Assembly: GCA_963769025.1 (NCBI GenBank)
Contig: CAVYKI010000003.1
Location: 704,001-768,000, forward strand
Reading direction: 5' to 3'
DNA: 64,000 bases
Source of the DNA: an uncultured Verrucomicrobiae bacterium
GTDB lineage: Bacteria; Verrucomicrobiota; Verrucomicrobiia; Chthoniobacterales; Chthoniobacteraceae
Position numbers and translations under genes: made by a program. Below are positions 34,603-45,484 of this stretch, in pieces. The notes beneath the pieces were generated by a model that was not told the origin of the DNA, searched no databases, and saw only the letters and a program-made list of their open reading frames with translations. The first letter of the stretch is position 1. Each line of letters begins with the position of its first letter.

Positions 34603-37452
34603 ATGGCGCGGACCGCCGCGTGGTGCGTGGCCGTCTCGATGCTGGCACTCGCGGTGAAAGTGCGCGCCGCGGAGCCGCTCCATGCGAAAATCGACGCGCT
34701 GATCGCCGCAGCGCATCCCGGCGGACAGGCGCCCATCGCGGATGATGCGGACTTTCTGCGCAGGACCTATCTCGCGCTGCACGGGGTCATCCCGACGGCG
34801 GCGCAGGCGCGCGCATTTTTCGCGGACACCGCGCCGGACAAGCGCGCGAAGCTCGCGGAGACGCTGCTCGCCGACCCGCAGTTTGCGCGATGGATGGCGG
34901 TGCGCTTCGACGTGATGCTCATGGAGCGCCGCGCCGAGGTGCAGACCAAGGAGGCGCCGTGGCGCGAATGGCTCGAGCAGTCGTTTGCGGCGAACAAACC
35001 GTGGGACGAGCTGGTGCGCGAGATGATCGCCGCGGACGGCTCGGACGAAAAAACGCGCCACGTCGCGCGATGGCTCCTCGAGCGCGAAGCGGACCCGAAC
35101 GCCCTCGCGAAGGATGCCGGGCGGCTGTTCCTCGGCCGCGACATCGCGTGCTCGCAATGCCACGATCACCCGCGCATCGACGACTATCTGCAGCGCGACT
35201 ACGCGGGCCTGCAGGCGTTCTTCAGCCGCACGTATCTCTTCCGGCCCGACACGAAAAAGCCGGGCCTCGTCGGCGAGCAGGCGGCGGGCGACACGACCTA
35301 TCTCTCGGTCTTCACGAAGGTCGGCGGCGGCACGAAGCCGCGTCTGCCCGGCGAGGCTGAACTCACGGAGCCCGCGGCGGGCGAATGGACGGTGGCGCCT
35401 GATGCCAAGAACAAGGCGTTGCGCCCGGTCCCGAAATTCAGCCGCCGCGCGCTGCTCGCGACGGCCCTTGGCGACGGGCATCACCCGGCGTTCCGGCGCA
35501 ACATCGCGAACCGGCTGTGGGCGGTCGTGTTTGGCCGCGGACTCGTGGAGCCGCTCGATCTGCATCACTCGGCGAATCCGCCCGCGATTCCGCCGCTGCT
35601 CGATCTGCTCGGCGACCAGATCGCAGCGATGAAATTCGACATGCGCGCCTTCATCCGCGAACTCGTGCTGACGCAGGCATTCCAGCGCGCGCTCGATCTG
35701 CCGGATCCGTCGGCGGAGGTCGCCGCCGCAGCGGCAAAGCTGGCGGAGTTGGAGAAGCAATCCGAGAAACTCGCGCTGGCCGCGCATTCCGCGGAGGAGC
35801 GGTTCATCGCGGAGCAAAAAGCGACCGCCGACGCCCAGCGTGCAGCGGCTCCTGCGCTGGCGGAACAATCGAAGCTCGATGCCGCGGCCGCAGCCGCGAA
35901 GAAGCCGCTGGACGACGCGCTCGCGGAACAGAAAAAATCCGAGGACGCGCTCGCAGCGCGGCGCGCGCAGGACAAGGCGCTCGCCGATGCGGCGGTGACG
36001 TCGGGCGAGTCGCCCGAGATCGTCGCGGCGGGAACGCCGGCTCCGGCAAAAGCCGTTCCCGTCGCCGCTGCCGAGAAGGACGCGGCCGCGAAAAAAGCCA
36101 CCGCGGACGCAAAGGCGAAAGTTTTTGAAACAGCCCGCCAGGCGGCTGTCGCAGCGAAGGCCAAAGCGGACGCAGCCATGGCGCAGCTCGCAGCCCGGCA
36201 GCCGGCACCGGACGAGGCGGCCGCGCGCAAGGAGTCCGAGCGAATCCAGGCCCCGCAGCTCGCGTCGGAGGCAAAGGCGGCAACCGCATGGCGCGAGGCC
36301 GTGACTGCCAGCCGCGCCGCGCTGACGGCTGCCGAGACGCTGGCGACCGCGAAGAAGGCGGACGCAGACGCAAAGGCGAAGAATTTCGAAACAGCCCGGC
36401 AGGCTGCCCTCGCGGCCAAAGGGAAGTCGGAGACGGCCACGGCGCAGATCGCAGTCCGTCAGGCAGCGCTCGACAAGGCGGGCGCGCAGAAGGAATCGGA
36501 TCGAATCCGCGCGAAGCACGCCGCGCAGCTCGTCACGGAAGCGAAGGCGGCGATCGCGTGGCACGAGGCCGCGGGCGCCGGGCGCGCGGCACGGCAGGCG
36601 GCGGCGAAAGCGGACGACGCTCTCCGCAAGGCGAAACGCAAGGCCGACCAGCTGGCAGCCGAAATCGCGAACGCACCCGCGAAGATCGCAGCGTTCGAGA
36701 GCACGTCCGCAGCGGATGCGCAGACCGCGTCAAAGGAGATCACCGACGCGAAGGCGGCGCTCGCCGCAGCGACGGCCGGGTTTCCCACGCTCAAGGCGCA
36801 GATTCCCGCGCTCGAAACGGCTGCGAATGCAGCGCGCGCAAAGGCGAACGAAACCGAACACGCCGAGGCCCAGGCCCGCGAGGCGGTCTCGGCCGCGTGG
36901 GGTCATGCATTCGCCTCGATGGAACTTCTCCCGCTCGCGCCGGAGCAGCTTTGCTGGTCGCTGATGCAGGCGACGGGGCAGCTCGATCCGCTCCGCACTT
37001 CCGCCGAGGCCGAGTGGGACAAGAAGAACAAGCTGAGCGACGCCGACAAGGCGAACCCGGCAAAACAGGCGGAGCGCACGGCGGGGATCAACAGGCTGTT
37101 CCGCGAAAAGCTGCGCGGTCAGGAAACTCAGTTCGTGAAATTTTTCGGCGGAGCCGCCGGGCAGCCGCAGTCGGACTTTTTCGCGACTCCCGAGCAGGCG
37201 CTCTATTTTGAAAATGGCGGCGTGATCCGCCAGTGGGCCGCCAGCCTCGCCACGCGCGCCGCCGCGCTGCCGGACGCGAAAGCGATGGCCGAGGAGATCT
37301 ATCTCGCGACGCTCACCCGCCTGCCCGACGCGACCGAGGTCGCCGAGCTCGGGGCCACGCTCGCCTCGCGCCCGCCGGAGCAGAAGGCCGCTGCGCTCGG
37401 CGATTTCGCATGGGCCCTCCTCGCCTCGCTTGAATTCCGCTTCATCCACTAA
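34603..37452 (+). CDS. DUF1549/DUF1553 (PSCyt2/PSD1) protein with a long Ala-rich helical insertion
   Basis: Signal peptide, DDADFLRRTYLALHGVIPT, CSQCHDH, NIANRLWAVVFGRGLVEP..D, C-terminal WALLASLEFRFIH. An Ala/Lys/Glu-rich block spans ~35692-36925. Confidence 0.85.
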   Translation: MARTAAWCVAVSMLALAVKVRAAEPLHAKIDALIAAAHPGGQAPIADDADFLRRTYLALHGVIPTAAQARAFFADTAPDKRAKLAETLLADPQFARWMAVRFDVMLMERRAEVQTKEAPWREWLEQSFAANKPWDELVREMIAADGSDEKTRHVARWLLEREADPNALAKDAGRLFLGRDIACSQCHDHPRIDDYLQRDYAGLQAFFSRTYLFRPDTKKPGLVGEQAAGDTTYLSVFTKVGGGTKPRLPGEAELTEPAAGEWTVAPDAKNKALRPVPKFSRRALLATALGDGHHPAFRRNIANRLWAVVFGRGLVEPLDLHHSANPPAIPPLLDLLGDQIAAMKFDMRAFIRELVLTQAFQRALDLPDPSAEVAAAAAKLAELEKQSEKLALAAHSAEERFIAEQKATADAQRAAAPALAEQSKLDAAAAAAKKPLDDALAEQKKSEDALAARRAQDKALADAAVTSGESPEIVAAGTPAPAKAVPVAAAEKDAAAKKATADAKAKVFETARQAAVAAKAKADAAMAQLAARQPAPDEAAARKESERIQAPQLASEAKAATAWREAVTASRAALTAAETLATAKKADADAKAKNFETARQAALAAKGKSETATAQIAVRQAALDKAGAQKESDRIRAKHAAQLVTEAKAAIAWHEAAGAGRAARQAAAKADDALRKAKRKADQLAAEIANAPAKIAAFESTSAADAQTASKEITDAKAALAAATAGFPTLKAQIPALETAANAARAKANETEHAEAQAREAVSAAWGHAFASMELLPLAPEQLCWSLMQATGQLDPLRTSAEAEWDKKNKLSDADKANPAKQAERTAGINRLFREKLRGQETQFVKFFGGAAGQPQSDFFATPEQALYFENGGVIRQWAASLATRAAALPDAKAMAEEIYLATLTRLPDATEVAELGATLASRPPEQKAAALGDFAWALLASLEFRFIH
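36103..36600 (+). repeat. Tandem 261-nt (87 aa) intragenic duplication
   Basis: ADAKAKVFETARQAAVAAK...KESERI...EAKAATAW at 36103 versus ADAKAKNFETARQAALAAK...KESDRI...EAKAAIAW at 36364. Confidence 0.8.
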
Positions 37453-37465
37453 CCCACTCCACTCC

Positions 37466-38765
37466 ATGAAACCCTGCAACTACTCCTGCCAGACGCTCGA
37501 CCACGTCCTCAGCCGGCGGCGCTTTTTCCAGACCCTCGCGGCGGGCGGCGCGGCCGCTGTGCTGCCGAATTTCGGCCTCTTCACGTCGCCGACCGTCGTG
37601 GCCGAAATGGCGCGGAAACAAAAGCGGATGATCGTCATCAACATGGCCGGCGGCCTTTCGCAGCTCGAAAGCTGGGACCCGAAGCCGGGCACCGCGACCG
37701 GCGGGCCGTTCCGCGCGATCCCGACTTCCGTGCCGGGCATCCACATTTCCGAGCTGCTGCCGAAGACGGCGAAAGTGATGCATCACCTCGCCCTGGTGCG
37801 CAGCATCAACACGAAGGAGAACGACCACGGCAAGGGCGCCTACGTCATGTCCACCGGGCGGCACAAGACGCCGGCGCAGGATTATCCCGTGCTCGGTGCG
37901 GTGATGGCGCGGGCGCTCGACGCCGGCGGCGGCAGCGCGCTGCCCGGGCACATCGTCATCTCGCCAAATGGCAGCGGCGGACGCAGCGCCGACTCCGCCT
38001 ACCTCGGGCCGAAGTACGGAAGCGTGACACTCGGCGGCGCGAAGCCGCCGCAGTTTTCCGAGCGCCCGGCGAGCCTCGCCGCGGAGGCCTCCAACTGCGC
38101 GAACGATCTGCGCAGGAAAGTGAACGATCGCTTTGCGCTCCGCAGGCGCACGGCGGAGACGGACGCGTACACGCAGAGCTTCGAGCAGGGCCTGGAGCTG
38201 ATGAAGCAGCGCGACGTCTTCGACATCACGAAGGAATCGCAGAAGGATCAGGAACGCTACGGCTCGCACGATTTCGGCCGCCACTGCCTGCTCGCGCGAC
38301 GGCTCTGCGAGAGCGGCGTGACCTACGTGCGCGTGACGCACTCGAACTACGACACGCACTGCGAGAACTTCAATTTCCACTTCGAGCAGGTCGGCGAATT
38401 CGACGGGCCGTTCGCGACGCTCGTGGGCGATCTCGCCGATCGCGGGCTGCTCGAGCAGCACGCTCATCGTCGTGCTTTCCGAATTCGGACGGACGCCCCG
38501 CATCAACGCGAACTACGGCCGCGACCACTGGGGCACGGCGTGGAGCATCTGCCTCGGCGGCGCGGGCATTCATCGCGGCGCGGTCATCGGCGAAACCGCT
38601 GCCGATGGCACCTCGGTGAAGTCACGGCAGGTGGATGGCGGCCATCTTTTCCACACGTATCTCGCGGCGCTCGGCATCAAGAGCACGGGGCATTTCAATG
38701 TCGCCGGACAGAAGATGCCGATGGCGGATCCCGCGTTTGAGCCCATCGAAGAACTCCTCGCCTGA
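37466..38765 (+). CDS. DUF1501 domain protein (Tat-type signal), one frameshift near 38458
   Basis: SRRRFFQ twin-Arg motif, GGLSQLESWDPKP, GRHCLLARRL, YDTH. Continues in ORF 38472-38765 with SEFGRTP and GRDHW. Confidence 0.88.
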
Positions 38766-39756
38766 TGCCCGCGGATCCCAAGCTGGCGCACGTCGCGAAG
38801 GAACTCCCCGCGGAAGCGCCGCTCATCGCGTGCCGCTTCGATCCGACGGGGAAGTTCGTCTTTGGCACGGCTGAAAACCGCTCGATTTACCGATGGGACC
38901 TCACGGACGGGAAACGCACCGCGCTCACCGGCCACGACTCGTGGGTTTTCGATGTCGCGGTCACGAGCGACGGTCGCACGCTGATCAGCGCGGGCGGCGA
39001 CGACACACTGATGTGGTGGCCCATCACCGACGAAGCACCGCAGCCCGCGAAAAAGGTGAAGGCGCACGACGGCTGGATCCGGACTCTCGCGCTGAGCCCC
39101 GATGGCAAATTGCTCGCGAGCGGCGGAAACGACCGCATGGTCCGGACATGGAATCCGCTCGACGGGGCGAAGGCGGGCGAATTCGCCGGAGCCGGGCGCG
39201 ACATCTACAGCGTGCTTTTTCATCCCGGCGGCGAGTGGATCCTCGCCGGTGATCTCGACGGAAAAATCCACCAGTGGGAGATCGCGCACGGGCAAGCTCG
39301 TCCGCACACTCGATGCCTCGCCGCTGCACAGCTACAATGAGGGCCAGCAGGTCCACTACGGCGGCGTGCGCGGGCTCGCGTTCAGCCCGGACGGAAAGTC
39401 ACTCGTTGCCGGCGGGCTTCACAAGGGCACGAACCCGCTCGGCAATGTGCAGCAGCCGCTCGTCGCTCCGCTTTGACTGGGAGACCGGCAAGGTCCTCCG
39501 CAATCACCTGACTGACGGGACAAACAACGAGCGCATCTGGAGCCTGCAATCCCATCCGCAGGGATTCCTCATCGGCTGCATCGGCGGGCAGAAAGGGCAG
39601 CTCATTTTCTGGAACGAAGCTGAGGAAAAACCGTTCCACACATTCGCGCTGCCGAACACGGCCCGCGGCATGTCGCTCGCGAGCGACGGCCTGCTCGTCG
39701 CCACGGCCCACCACGACAGCAAGCTGCGGATCACGAAGCTCGCGGCCAAGGCGTAG
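38765..39756 (+). CDS. WD40-repeat beta-propeller protein, frameshifts near 39288 and 39470
   Basis: GHDSWVFDVAV, AHDGWIRTLALSPDGKLLASGGND, VRGLAFSPDGKSL across ORFs 38765-39340, 39102-39476 and 39274-39756. Start overlaps the DUF1501 stop (TGATG). Confidence 0.85.
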
Positions 39757-39782
39757 GGGCGCTTTCGGACAGCCCGACAAGG

Positions 39783-41174
39783 TCAACCGCAGACTGCCGC
39801 GGCTGTCGCCTCGTCGATCATCTCCCGGCGCTGCGAAGGCTGCGTCCAGCGCCATTGCGCCTCGGCGTCGAGCGAGGAGATGGGATCGAAGAAGAGGAAA
39901 TTTTTTCCCGGCTTCACGCCCGGTGCGCTGAACGACGAGACGCCGGTCTGGCGGTTGTAGTAGTCGGCGGTATGCACGTCGCGCTTGCCGCCGCCGCCGG
40001 GGGCGTCGAGGACGAAGGCCGGCGTGTTGAAGCCCGCGGTCGTGCCGCGCACGTGGCGTTCGATGTTTTGTGCGACATGGAGCGGCGTGCGGAGGTCCTC
40101 CACGCCGGGCACCATGTCGTGCACATAGACGTAGTACGGGTGAACATTGATGTAGCTGAGCCGGCGCACGAGGAGCGTCATCGCCGCGGCGGTGTCGTTC
40201 ACGCCGCGCTGGAGGACGGTCTGGCAGCGCACGGTGATGCCGCGTTCGGTCATGAGGCCGAGGGCGTCCTCGGTGAAGCCGGTGATTTCGTTCGGATGGT
40301 TGAAATGCGAATGCACGACGACGTCCTTGTGCAGTTTGCGGCCGAGTTCCACGACGCGGGTGAGCGCATCGAGCCACGCGGTGTCGGTGACGATTTTTTG
40401 CGGGAGCACGCAGAGGCCCTTCGTCGCATAGCGGATGCGGCGGATGTTCGGCATGCCGAGCAGGCGGCGGCCGATCTGCTCGATGTGCTCGGCCTTGAGA
40501 TTGTACGTGTCGCCGCCGCTGATCACGATGTCCTCGAGCTGCGGCTGCGATTCGATGTAGGCGAACGCCGCATCCCAGCGCCCGGCCCCCGCGCCGAGCT
40601 TCATTTTCTCCACGACCTCCGTGTCGTTTCCCACCGCGTAGCTGCGCGTGCAGAAGCGGCAGTACACCGGGCAGCTCGGCTGCGGGAGGAAGAGCGCCTT
40701 GTCCGGGTAGCGATGCGTGAGGCCGGGCACGGGCGAATCCTCGCGCTCGTTCAGCGAATCGAAGCGCAGCATCGGATGATCCGGCTCCTGCTGCGAGCGC
40801 AGCGGGAGGAATTGCGTGCGGATGGGATCGGTGAGCGGCGCGGACCAGTCCGCGAGCGCGAGGAGGTAGGGCGAAATGCGAAGCGCCATCGGCGCATGGG
40901 CGATCCCGGCTTCGAGGTCGCTGTAAAAAATTTCCGGCACGAGCGTGCCGAGGGTCTCCCGCAACTGGCGGGCGTTGGTGACTGTGTGGCGCTGCTGCCA
41001 CTGATGGTTCCCAAACTCGGCCGCGCTCACCTGCGCCCAGGCCGGAATGTCACGCCAGAATTCATCGCGGCGGAGGTCGCGATGGCCCAGTCCGGCGTGG
41101 AGCTGGGTTCTCGGAGCGGAGTCCGCGGGGGGGTCAACGTGGTGCGTTTCGTGGATGATGTGGGAGTCGAGCAT
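39783..41174 (-). CDS. KamA-family radical SAM enzyme (lysine 2,3-aminomutase-like)
   Basis: GLTHRYPDKALF, CPVYCRFCTR (CxxxCxxC), DIVISGGD, HFNHPNEI, QTVLQRGVND, PYYVYVHD and PLP-lysine motif DAPGGGGKR. Confidence 0.9.
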   Translation of the reverse strand: MLDSHIIHETHHVDPPADSAPRTQLHAGLGHRDLRRDEFWRDIPAWAQVSAAEFGNHQWQQRHTVTNARQLRETLGTLVPEIFYSDLEAGIAHAPMALRISPYLLALADWSAPLTDPIRTQFLPLRSQQEPDHPMLRFDSLNEREDSPVPGLTHRYPDKALFLPQPSCPVYCRFCTRSYAVGNDTEVVEKMKLGAGAGRWDAAFAYIESQPQLEDIVISGGDTYNLKAEHIEQIGRRLLGMPNIRRIRYATKGLCVLPQKIVTDTAWLDALTRVVELGRKLHKDVVVHSHFNHPNEITGFTEDALGLMTERGITVRCQTVLQRGVNDTAAAMTLLVRRLSYINVHPYYVYVHDMVPGVEDLRTPLHVAQNIERHVRGTTAGFNTPAFVLDAPGGGGKRDVHTADYYNRQTGVSSFSAPGVKPGKNFLFFDPISSLDAEAQWRWTQPSQRREMIDEATAAAVCG

Positions 41175-41401
41175 GGTGGTTTTGGAAAAAGGTAAGTGGC
41201 AGCGCGGAGAAGTGCCCGCACGGGGCTCCGCACGCCGGGAAAAATCAATCCATCCGGAAAGAGGCCTGCGGTAGCGATGAAGCCAAAGGTTTCACAGTCA
41301 CTGAATCGCGCGGATGCTCGGCTTGGTTGCCTGAGACTGCAAGCCCATCTTGCGCCCGGAACCGGGCCCGCGCGCGGGCAGCAGGCCGCACCGGCGCCGG
41401 T

Positions 41402-42754
41402 TCACCCGAGGATGCCGGGGACCACGTTGCCCTTGAGATTCGTGAGCCGGTAGTCGCGGCCTCCGTGGCGGTAGGTGAGCTTTTCGTGATCCAGGCCGAG
41501 CAGATGGAGGATCGTCGCGTGCCAGTCGTGGATGTCCATTTTCCCGTCGGTGACGTCGTAGCCGTGCTCGTCGGTGGTGCCGTAAATGTGGCCCGGCTTC
41601 ACTCCGCCGCCCGCCATCCACATGCTGAACGAACTGACGTGATGATCGCGCCCGTCGCTGCCTTCCGCGTGCGGCGTGCGGCCGAATTCGCCGGACCAGA
41701 TCACCAGCGTGTCCTTGAGCAGCCCGCGCGCGTCGAGGTCCGTGAGAAGGCCGGCGATGGGCTTGTCCACCGACTTGCAGAGCGCCGGCATCCGCTGCGT
41801 GTGATTGAAATGCGTGTCCCAGTCGCCATGCGTCACCTCGACGAAACGCACGCCCGCCTCCACCATGCGGCGCGCGAGCAGGCACTTCCGCCCGCAATCG
41901 TCGGTCTCCGTCTCGCCGATGCCGTAGAGCTTCAGCGTCTCGGCAGTGTCCTTGGTCAGGTCCATCACCGCGGGCATCTCGCTTTGCATTTTGTACGCGA
42001 GCTCGAAGGACTCGATCGCGCCCTGCACCTGCGGGTCCGCGCCTTCGCGCGCGAGACGTGCGCGGTTGAACGACTGCAGGAGGTCCAGCTCCGCGCGTTG
42101 CGCGGCGGGCGGCAGAACGGGAGTGAGGTTCGGAATCACCGTGCCCGCGATCGGCTGGCCGTCCGTGCCGATGGGCGAGCCCTGATGGATGGCGGGCAGA
42201 AATGCGTTGCCGTAATTCAGCGGTCCGCCAAAGCACGACGGCGGCGTGATGGTGATGAAGCCGGGCAGGTTTTCGTTGAGCGAGCCGAGCCCGTAGTGCG
42301 TCCACGAGCCGAGCGAAGGCCGCGCGCCCTGCGTCACCCCGGTGTGCATTTTCAAATACGCCGGCGCGTGCGCCTGCAGATCCGTGACCAGCGAATGGAT
42401 CACGCACAGCTTGTCCGCGTGCGACGCCATGCCGGGCACCAGCTCGGACATCCAGTGCCCGCTCTGCCCGTGCTGCGCGAATTTCCAATCCGTGCCGCGC
42501 AGCGTCGTGCCGGGGCGCCGCCCGGGCTTGCCGGCGTCGGCGTTGAGCCGCGGCTTGTAGGAGATGGTGTCGAGGTGCGACGGCGCGCCTTTCATGCAGA
42601 GGAAAATGACGCGCCGCGCGCGGGCCGCGATCCGCGCGAGATTCCTCACCTCCGCCCCGCCTGCCAGCGCGGAAAATGCCAGCCAGCCGAAGCCGAGCGC
42701 GCCGGTGCGCAGCGATGCGCGTCGTGTGAGTGGACGGTCGAAAATCGTGCTCAT
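41402..42754 (-). CDS. DUF1501 domain protein (Tat-type signal)
   Basis: LTRRASL, RVIFLCMKGAPSHLDT, RPSLGSW..YGLGS, CLLARRMVEAGVRFVEV, WDTH, GEFGRTP, GRDHH, LGLDHEKLTY. Confidence 0.9.
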   Translation of the reverse strand: MSTIFDRPLTRRASLRTGALGFGWLAFSALAGGAEVRNLARIAARARRVIFLCMKGAPSHLDTISYKPRLNADAGKPGRRPGTTLRGTDWKFAQHGQSGHWMSELVPGMASHADKLCVIHSLVTDLQAHAPAYLKMHTGVTQGARPSLGSWTHYGLGSLNENLPGFITITPPSCFGGPLNYGNAFLPAIHQGSPIGTDGQPIAGTVIPNLTPVLPPAAQRAELDLLQSFNRARLAREGADPQVQGAIESFELAYKMQSEMPAVMDLTKDTAETLKLYGIGETETDDCGRKCLLARRMVEAGVRFVEVTHGDWDTHFNHTQRMPALCKSVDKPIAGLLTDLDARGLLKDTLVIWSGEFGRTPHAEGSDGRDHHVSSFSMWMAGGGVKPGHIYGTTDEHGYDVTDGKMDIHDWHATILHLLGLDHEKLTYRHGGRDYRLTNLKGNVVPGILG

Positions 42755-42758
42755 GGGT

Positions 42759-45353
42759 TTACAGAAAGCGAAACTCCGCGCTGCCGAAGAGCGCGCGGCA
42801 AAGTCCCGTCCACGCCGCAGTTTCATCAGTGGATTCGCGCGACTGGATGAACTGGCGTGCGGCCTCGGCCTCCTCCGCACGCGGCGGCCTGCCGAGGACG
42901 AGCATGCACGCGAGGCGGAAGCGCGCATCGAAGCCGGTGCCCGCCGCGCACACGCGCCGTGCGAGCAGCGACGACTGGCGCGCGACGAACCCGCTGTTCA
43001 TGAGGAAGAGCGCCTGCGCCGGGACGATCGTCGTTTCGCGCGCGCCGACCACCGCGCTGGCGTCCGCGCTGTTGAAAATCGCGAGGGTGGAATGCGGAAG
43101 GTCGCGCGCGACCGGCAGGTAAATGGAACGGAAGTCGCCCTCCGCCGTCGTCACCGCCTCCGCTTTCAAGACGGGGAAGCGCAGCCCGTCGATGGGGCCC
43201 TGGCCCGTCATCGCCAGCAGCGATCCGCGCCGCGGCGTGAGATCCAGCGTGCCGCTCGCGGCCAGCATCGCGTCGCGCAGGGACTCGGCGTCGAGGCTGC
43301 GGACGTTGGCGCGACGCAGCATCACGTTGTCGGGATCGATCAGCGAAGCCGCCGCTTCGGCGGGCGCGCCGCCGGGACCGTCCGCGCGCGCGAGCTGCCA
43401 GGCGCGGCTCAGCACGATTTCGCGCACGAGCTTTTTCACCGACCAGCCCTCCGCCACGAACCGCGTCGCGAGATGATCGAGCAACGCCGCGTGACTGGGA
43501 GCCGATCCCGTCCTTCCAAAATCATCCACGCTCGCGACCAGACCGCGGCCGAAGAGCCAGTGCCACGCGCGGTTCACAAAAACGCGCGCCGTGAGCGGGT
43601 TCGCCGGGGAGGCGATCCAGCGCGCCAGTTCCAGACGGCCGCTGCTGTTTGCCGGAATGGCGATATTCCTGCCGCCATTGAGAAACAGCGGCACGCCGCG
43701 CGCGACCGGATCCTGCTCCCGCGCGATCTGGCCGCGCGCGAAAAGCGGACTGTCGCCGACGGTGCGGAACGCCAGTTGCGGCGCGAAGGCGAACGAATGC
43801 GGCGGTGCCGGCGGCGCACCGGCCGGCGGCTTCTCGATCACGCCCATGAGGCGCGGCTTCAAGGCGCCGTTCGGGCGGAAGGCGCGGATATCCACCTCGA
43901 TCGCGCGGGCGCGGAAAAGCAGTTCCTCGAGCACGGTCCCGTCCTTCGTCATCATGCCCTGGCGCGGCGCACCGTCGCCGCTCGTGGCCATCGTCTCGAA
44001 AAAGGTCTTCATGATCGCCGTGTGCTCCGCGGTGAGCTGCGCGAGCTTTTCCGGCTCGATGCGGCGTTCGATCATCGGCAGGCCCAGCGAATCCGGCGCC
44101 TCGATGAACGCGGTGCCCATGCGCCCCTGCGCGCCGCCGGGCGTGCCAAAGCGCGTCTCGCTCGACAGGAAAATCCCCGCGAGGGCCGTGTAATCCTCCT
44201 GCGTCACGGGATCGGCGCGATGCTCGTGGCAGCGCGCGCACGCGATGGTGAGCCCGAGGAAGCCGCGCGACACCGCGTCGATCTGCTCGTCGGCCAGATC
44301 GACGGCAAACTGGGTGCTGTTCGTTTCGAGGAGTGATTTCGGGCCGATTGCCAGGAAGCCCGTGGCGACGAGATTCCGCGCTCGCTCGGCGACGCCGGTG
44401 TCCGGCAGCAGGTTGCCCGCGATCTGCTCGAGGATGAAGCGGTCAAACGGCTTGTCCTCCTGGAATGACTCGATCACGTAGTCGCGATACCGCCACGCCT
44501 CGGACTGGATGCCGTTCACATCGCGGCCGTTCGTCTCCGCGTAGCGCGCCACGTCCAGCCAATGCCGGCCCCACCGCTCGCCGTATTGGCGCGTGGCGAG
44601 CAATTCGTCCACCACCCGTTCCAGCGCGCGGGGATCGTCGGTCGTGGCAAAGGCGTCGATCTGCGCCGGGGTCGGCGGGAGCCCCGTGAGCGCGAAATGC
44701 ACACGCCGCAGCAAAAGATACCTGTCCGCATCGGCGGCGGGCTTGAGCTGCTTTTCCTCCAGCGACGCGAGGATGAAGCGGTCGATGTCCGTGCGCGGCC
44801 ACGCTGAGTCCTTCACCTGCGGCACCGGCGGCGCCTGCACGGGCTGAAAGGACCACCATGTGCGCGCCTCCTGCGACAGTTCCCTGGCGACGCGTTGCGA
44901 CGGACCGCCCGTGCGCGGATCGGGCGCACCCATCCGCACCCAGCGCTCGAAATCCGCGATCACCGCATCCGGCAGTTTCCCGCCCTTGTCCTTGGGCGGC
45001 ATCGACAGGTCGGGGTCTTCGTAACGGATGGCCTTGATCAGCGGGCTTTTCTCCGGATCGCCCGGAATGACCGCAGGCCCGTGCTCGCCGCCCCTGAGAA
45101 TTCCGTCCTTCGTGTCCAGCCGGAGGTCGCCCTTGATCTTGTTGCTCGGCGAATGGCAGCCGTAACATTTCTCGGCCAGCACGGGACGGATCTTTGCTTC
45201 AAAGAAGCGCACCTTTTCCGCCGCCGTCTCCTCGGCCCCTGCCGGGACGGCCGCAAGCACTCCCGCCAATGCGACCACGCAACAAATCCCTCGGCCCGAG
45301 CAGGGCTCAAATGGCCGGATCAATTTCCGCGAAAGCCAGCGGATCACGTTCAT
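42759..45353 (-). CDS. Planctomycete-type cytochrome c (PSCyt1) + DUF1549 + DUF1553 protein
   Basis: FFEAKIRPVLAEKCYGCH...MPP...WVRMGAPDPR, WSFQP, YGERWGRHWLDVARYAET, CARCHEH, NPLTARVFVNRAWHWLFGRGLV, QALFLMN. Start uncertain (45353-45371). Confidence 0.9.
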   Translation of the reverse strand: MNVIRWLSRKLIRPFEPCSGRGICCVVALAGVLAAVPAGAEETAAEKVRFFEAKIRPVLAEKCYGCHSPSNKIKGDLRLDTKDGILRGGEHGPAVIPGDPEKSPLIKAIRYEDPDLSMPPKDKGGKLPDAVIADFERWVRMGAPDPRTGGPSQRVARELSQEARTWWSFQPVQAPPVPQVKDSAWPRTDIDRFILASLEEKQLKPAADADRYLLLRRVHFALTGLPPTPAQIDAFATTDDPRALERVVDELLATRQYGERWGRHWLDVARYAETNGRDVNGIQSEAWRYRDYVIESFQEDKPFDRFILEQIAGNLLPDTGVAERARNLVATGFLAIGPKSLLETNSTQFAVDLADEQIDAVSRGFLGLTIACARCHEHRADPVTQEDYTALAGIFLSSETRFGTPGGAQGRMGTAFIEAPDSLGLPMIERRIEPEKLAQLTAEHTAIMKTFFETMATSGDGAPRQGMMTKDGTVLEELLFRARAIEVDIRAFRPNGALKPRLMGVIEKPPAGAPPAPPHSFAFAPQLAFRTVGDSPLFARGQIAREQDPVARGVPLFLNGGRNIAIPANSSGRLELARWIASPANPLTARVFVNRAWHWLFGRGLVASVDDFGRTGSAPSHAALLDHLATRFVAEGWSVKKLVREIVLSRAWQLARADGPGGAPAEAAASLIDPDNVMLRRANVRSLDAESLRDAMLAASGTLDLTPRRGSLLAMTGQGPIDGLRFPVLKAEAVTTAEGDFRSIYLPVARDLPHSTLAIFNSADASAVVGARETTIVPAQALFLMNSGFVARQSSLLARRVCAAGTGFDARFRLACMLVLGRPPRAEEAEAARQFIQSRESTDETAAWTGLCRALFGSAEFRFL

Positions 45354-45484
45354 GAATGCCATCCAACGCATGTGCGCATGAAGTATCTGCAACGAACTTG
45401 CTGCTGCAAGGAGTTTGCTTTTTCCAATCGAACCAATCTCCCACTTGTCAGTGGGGGCAGGAAGCGCCAGCGTGGCGGAACACC

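Noticed and set aside
41175..41400. Riboswitch upstream of KamA
   Set aside because: A gcggag/ctccgc hairpin is present, but no lysine, SAM or other aptamer consensus is recognisable. An Rfam scan would settle it.
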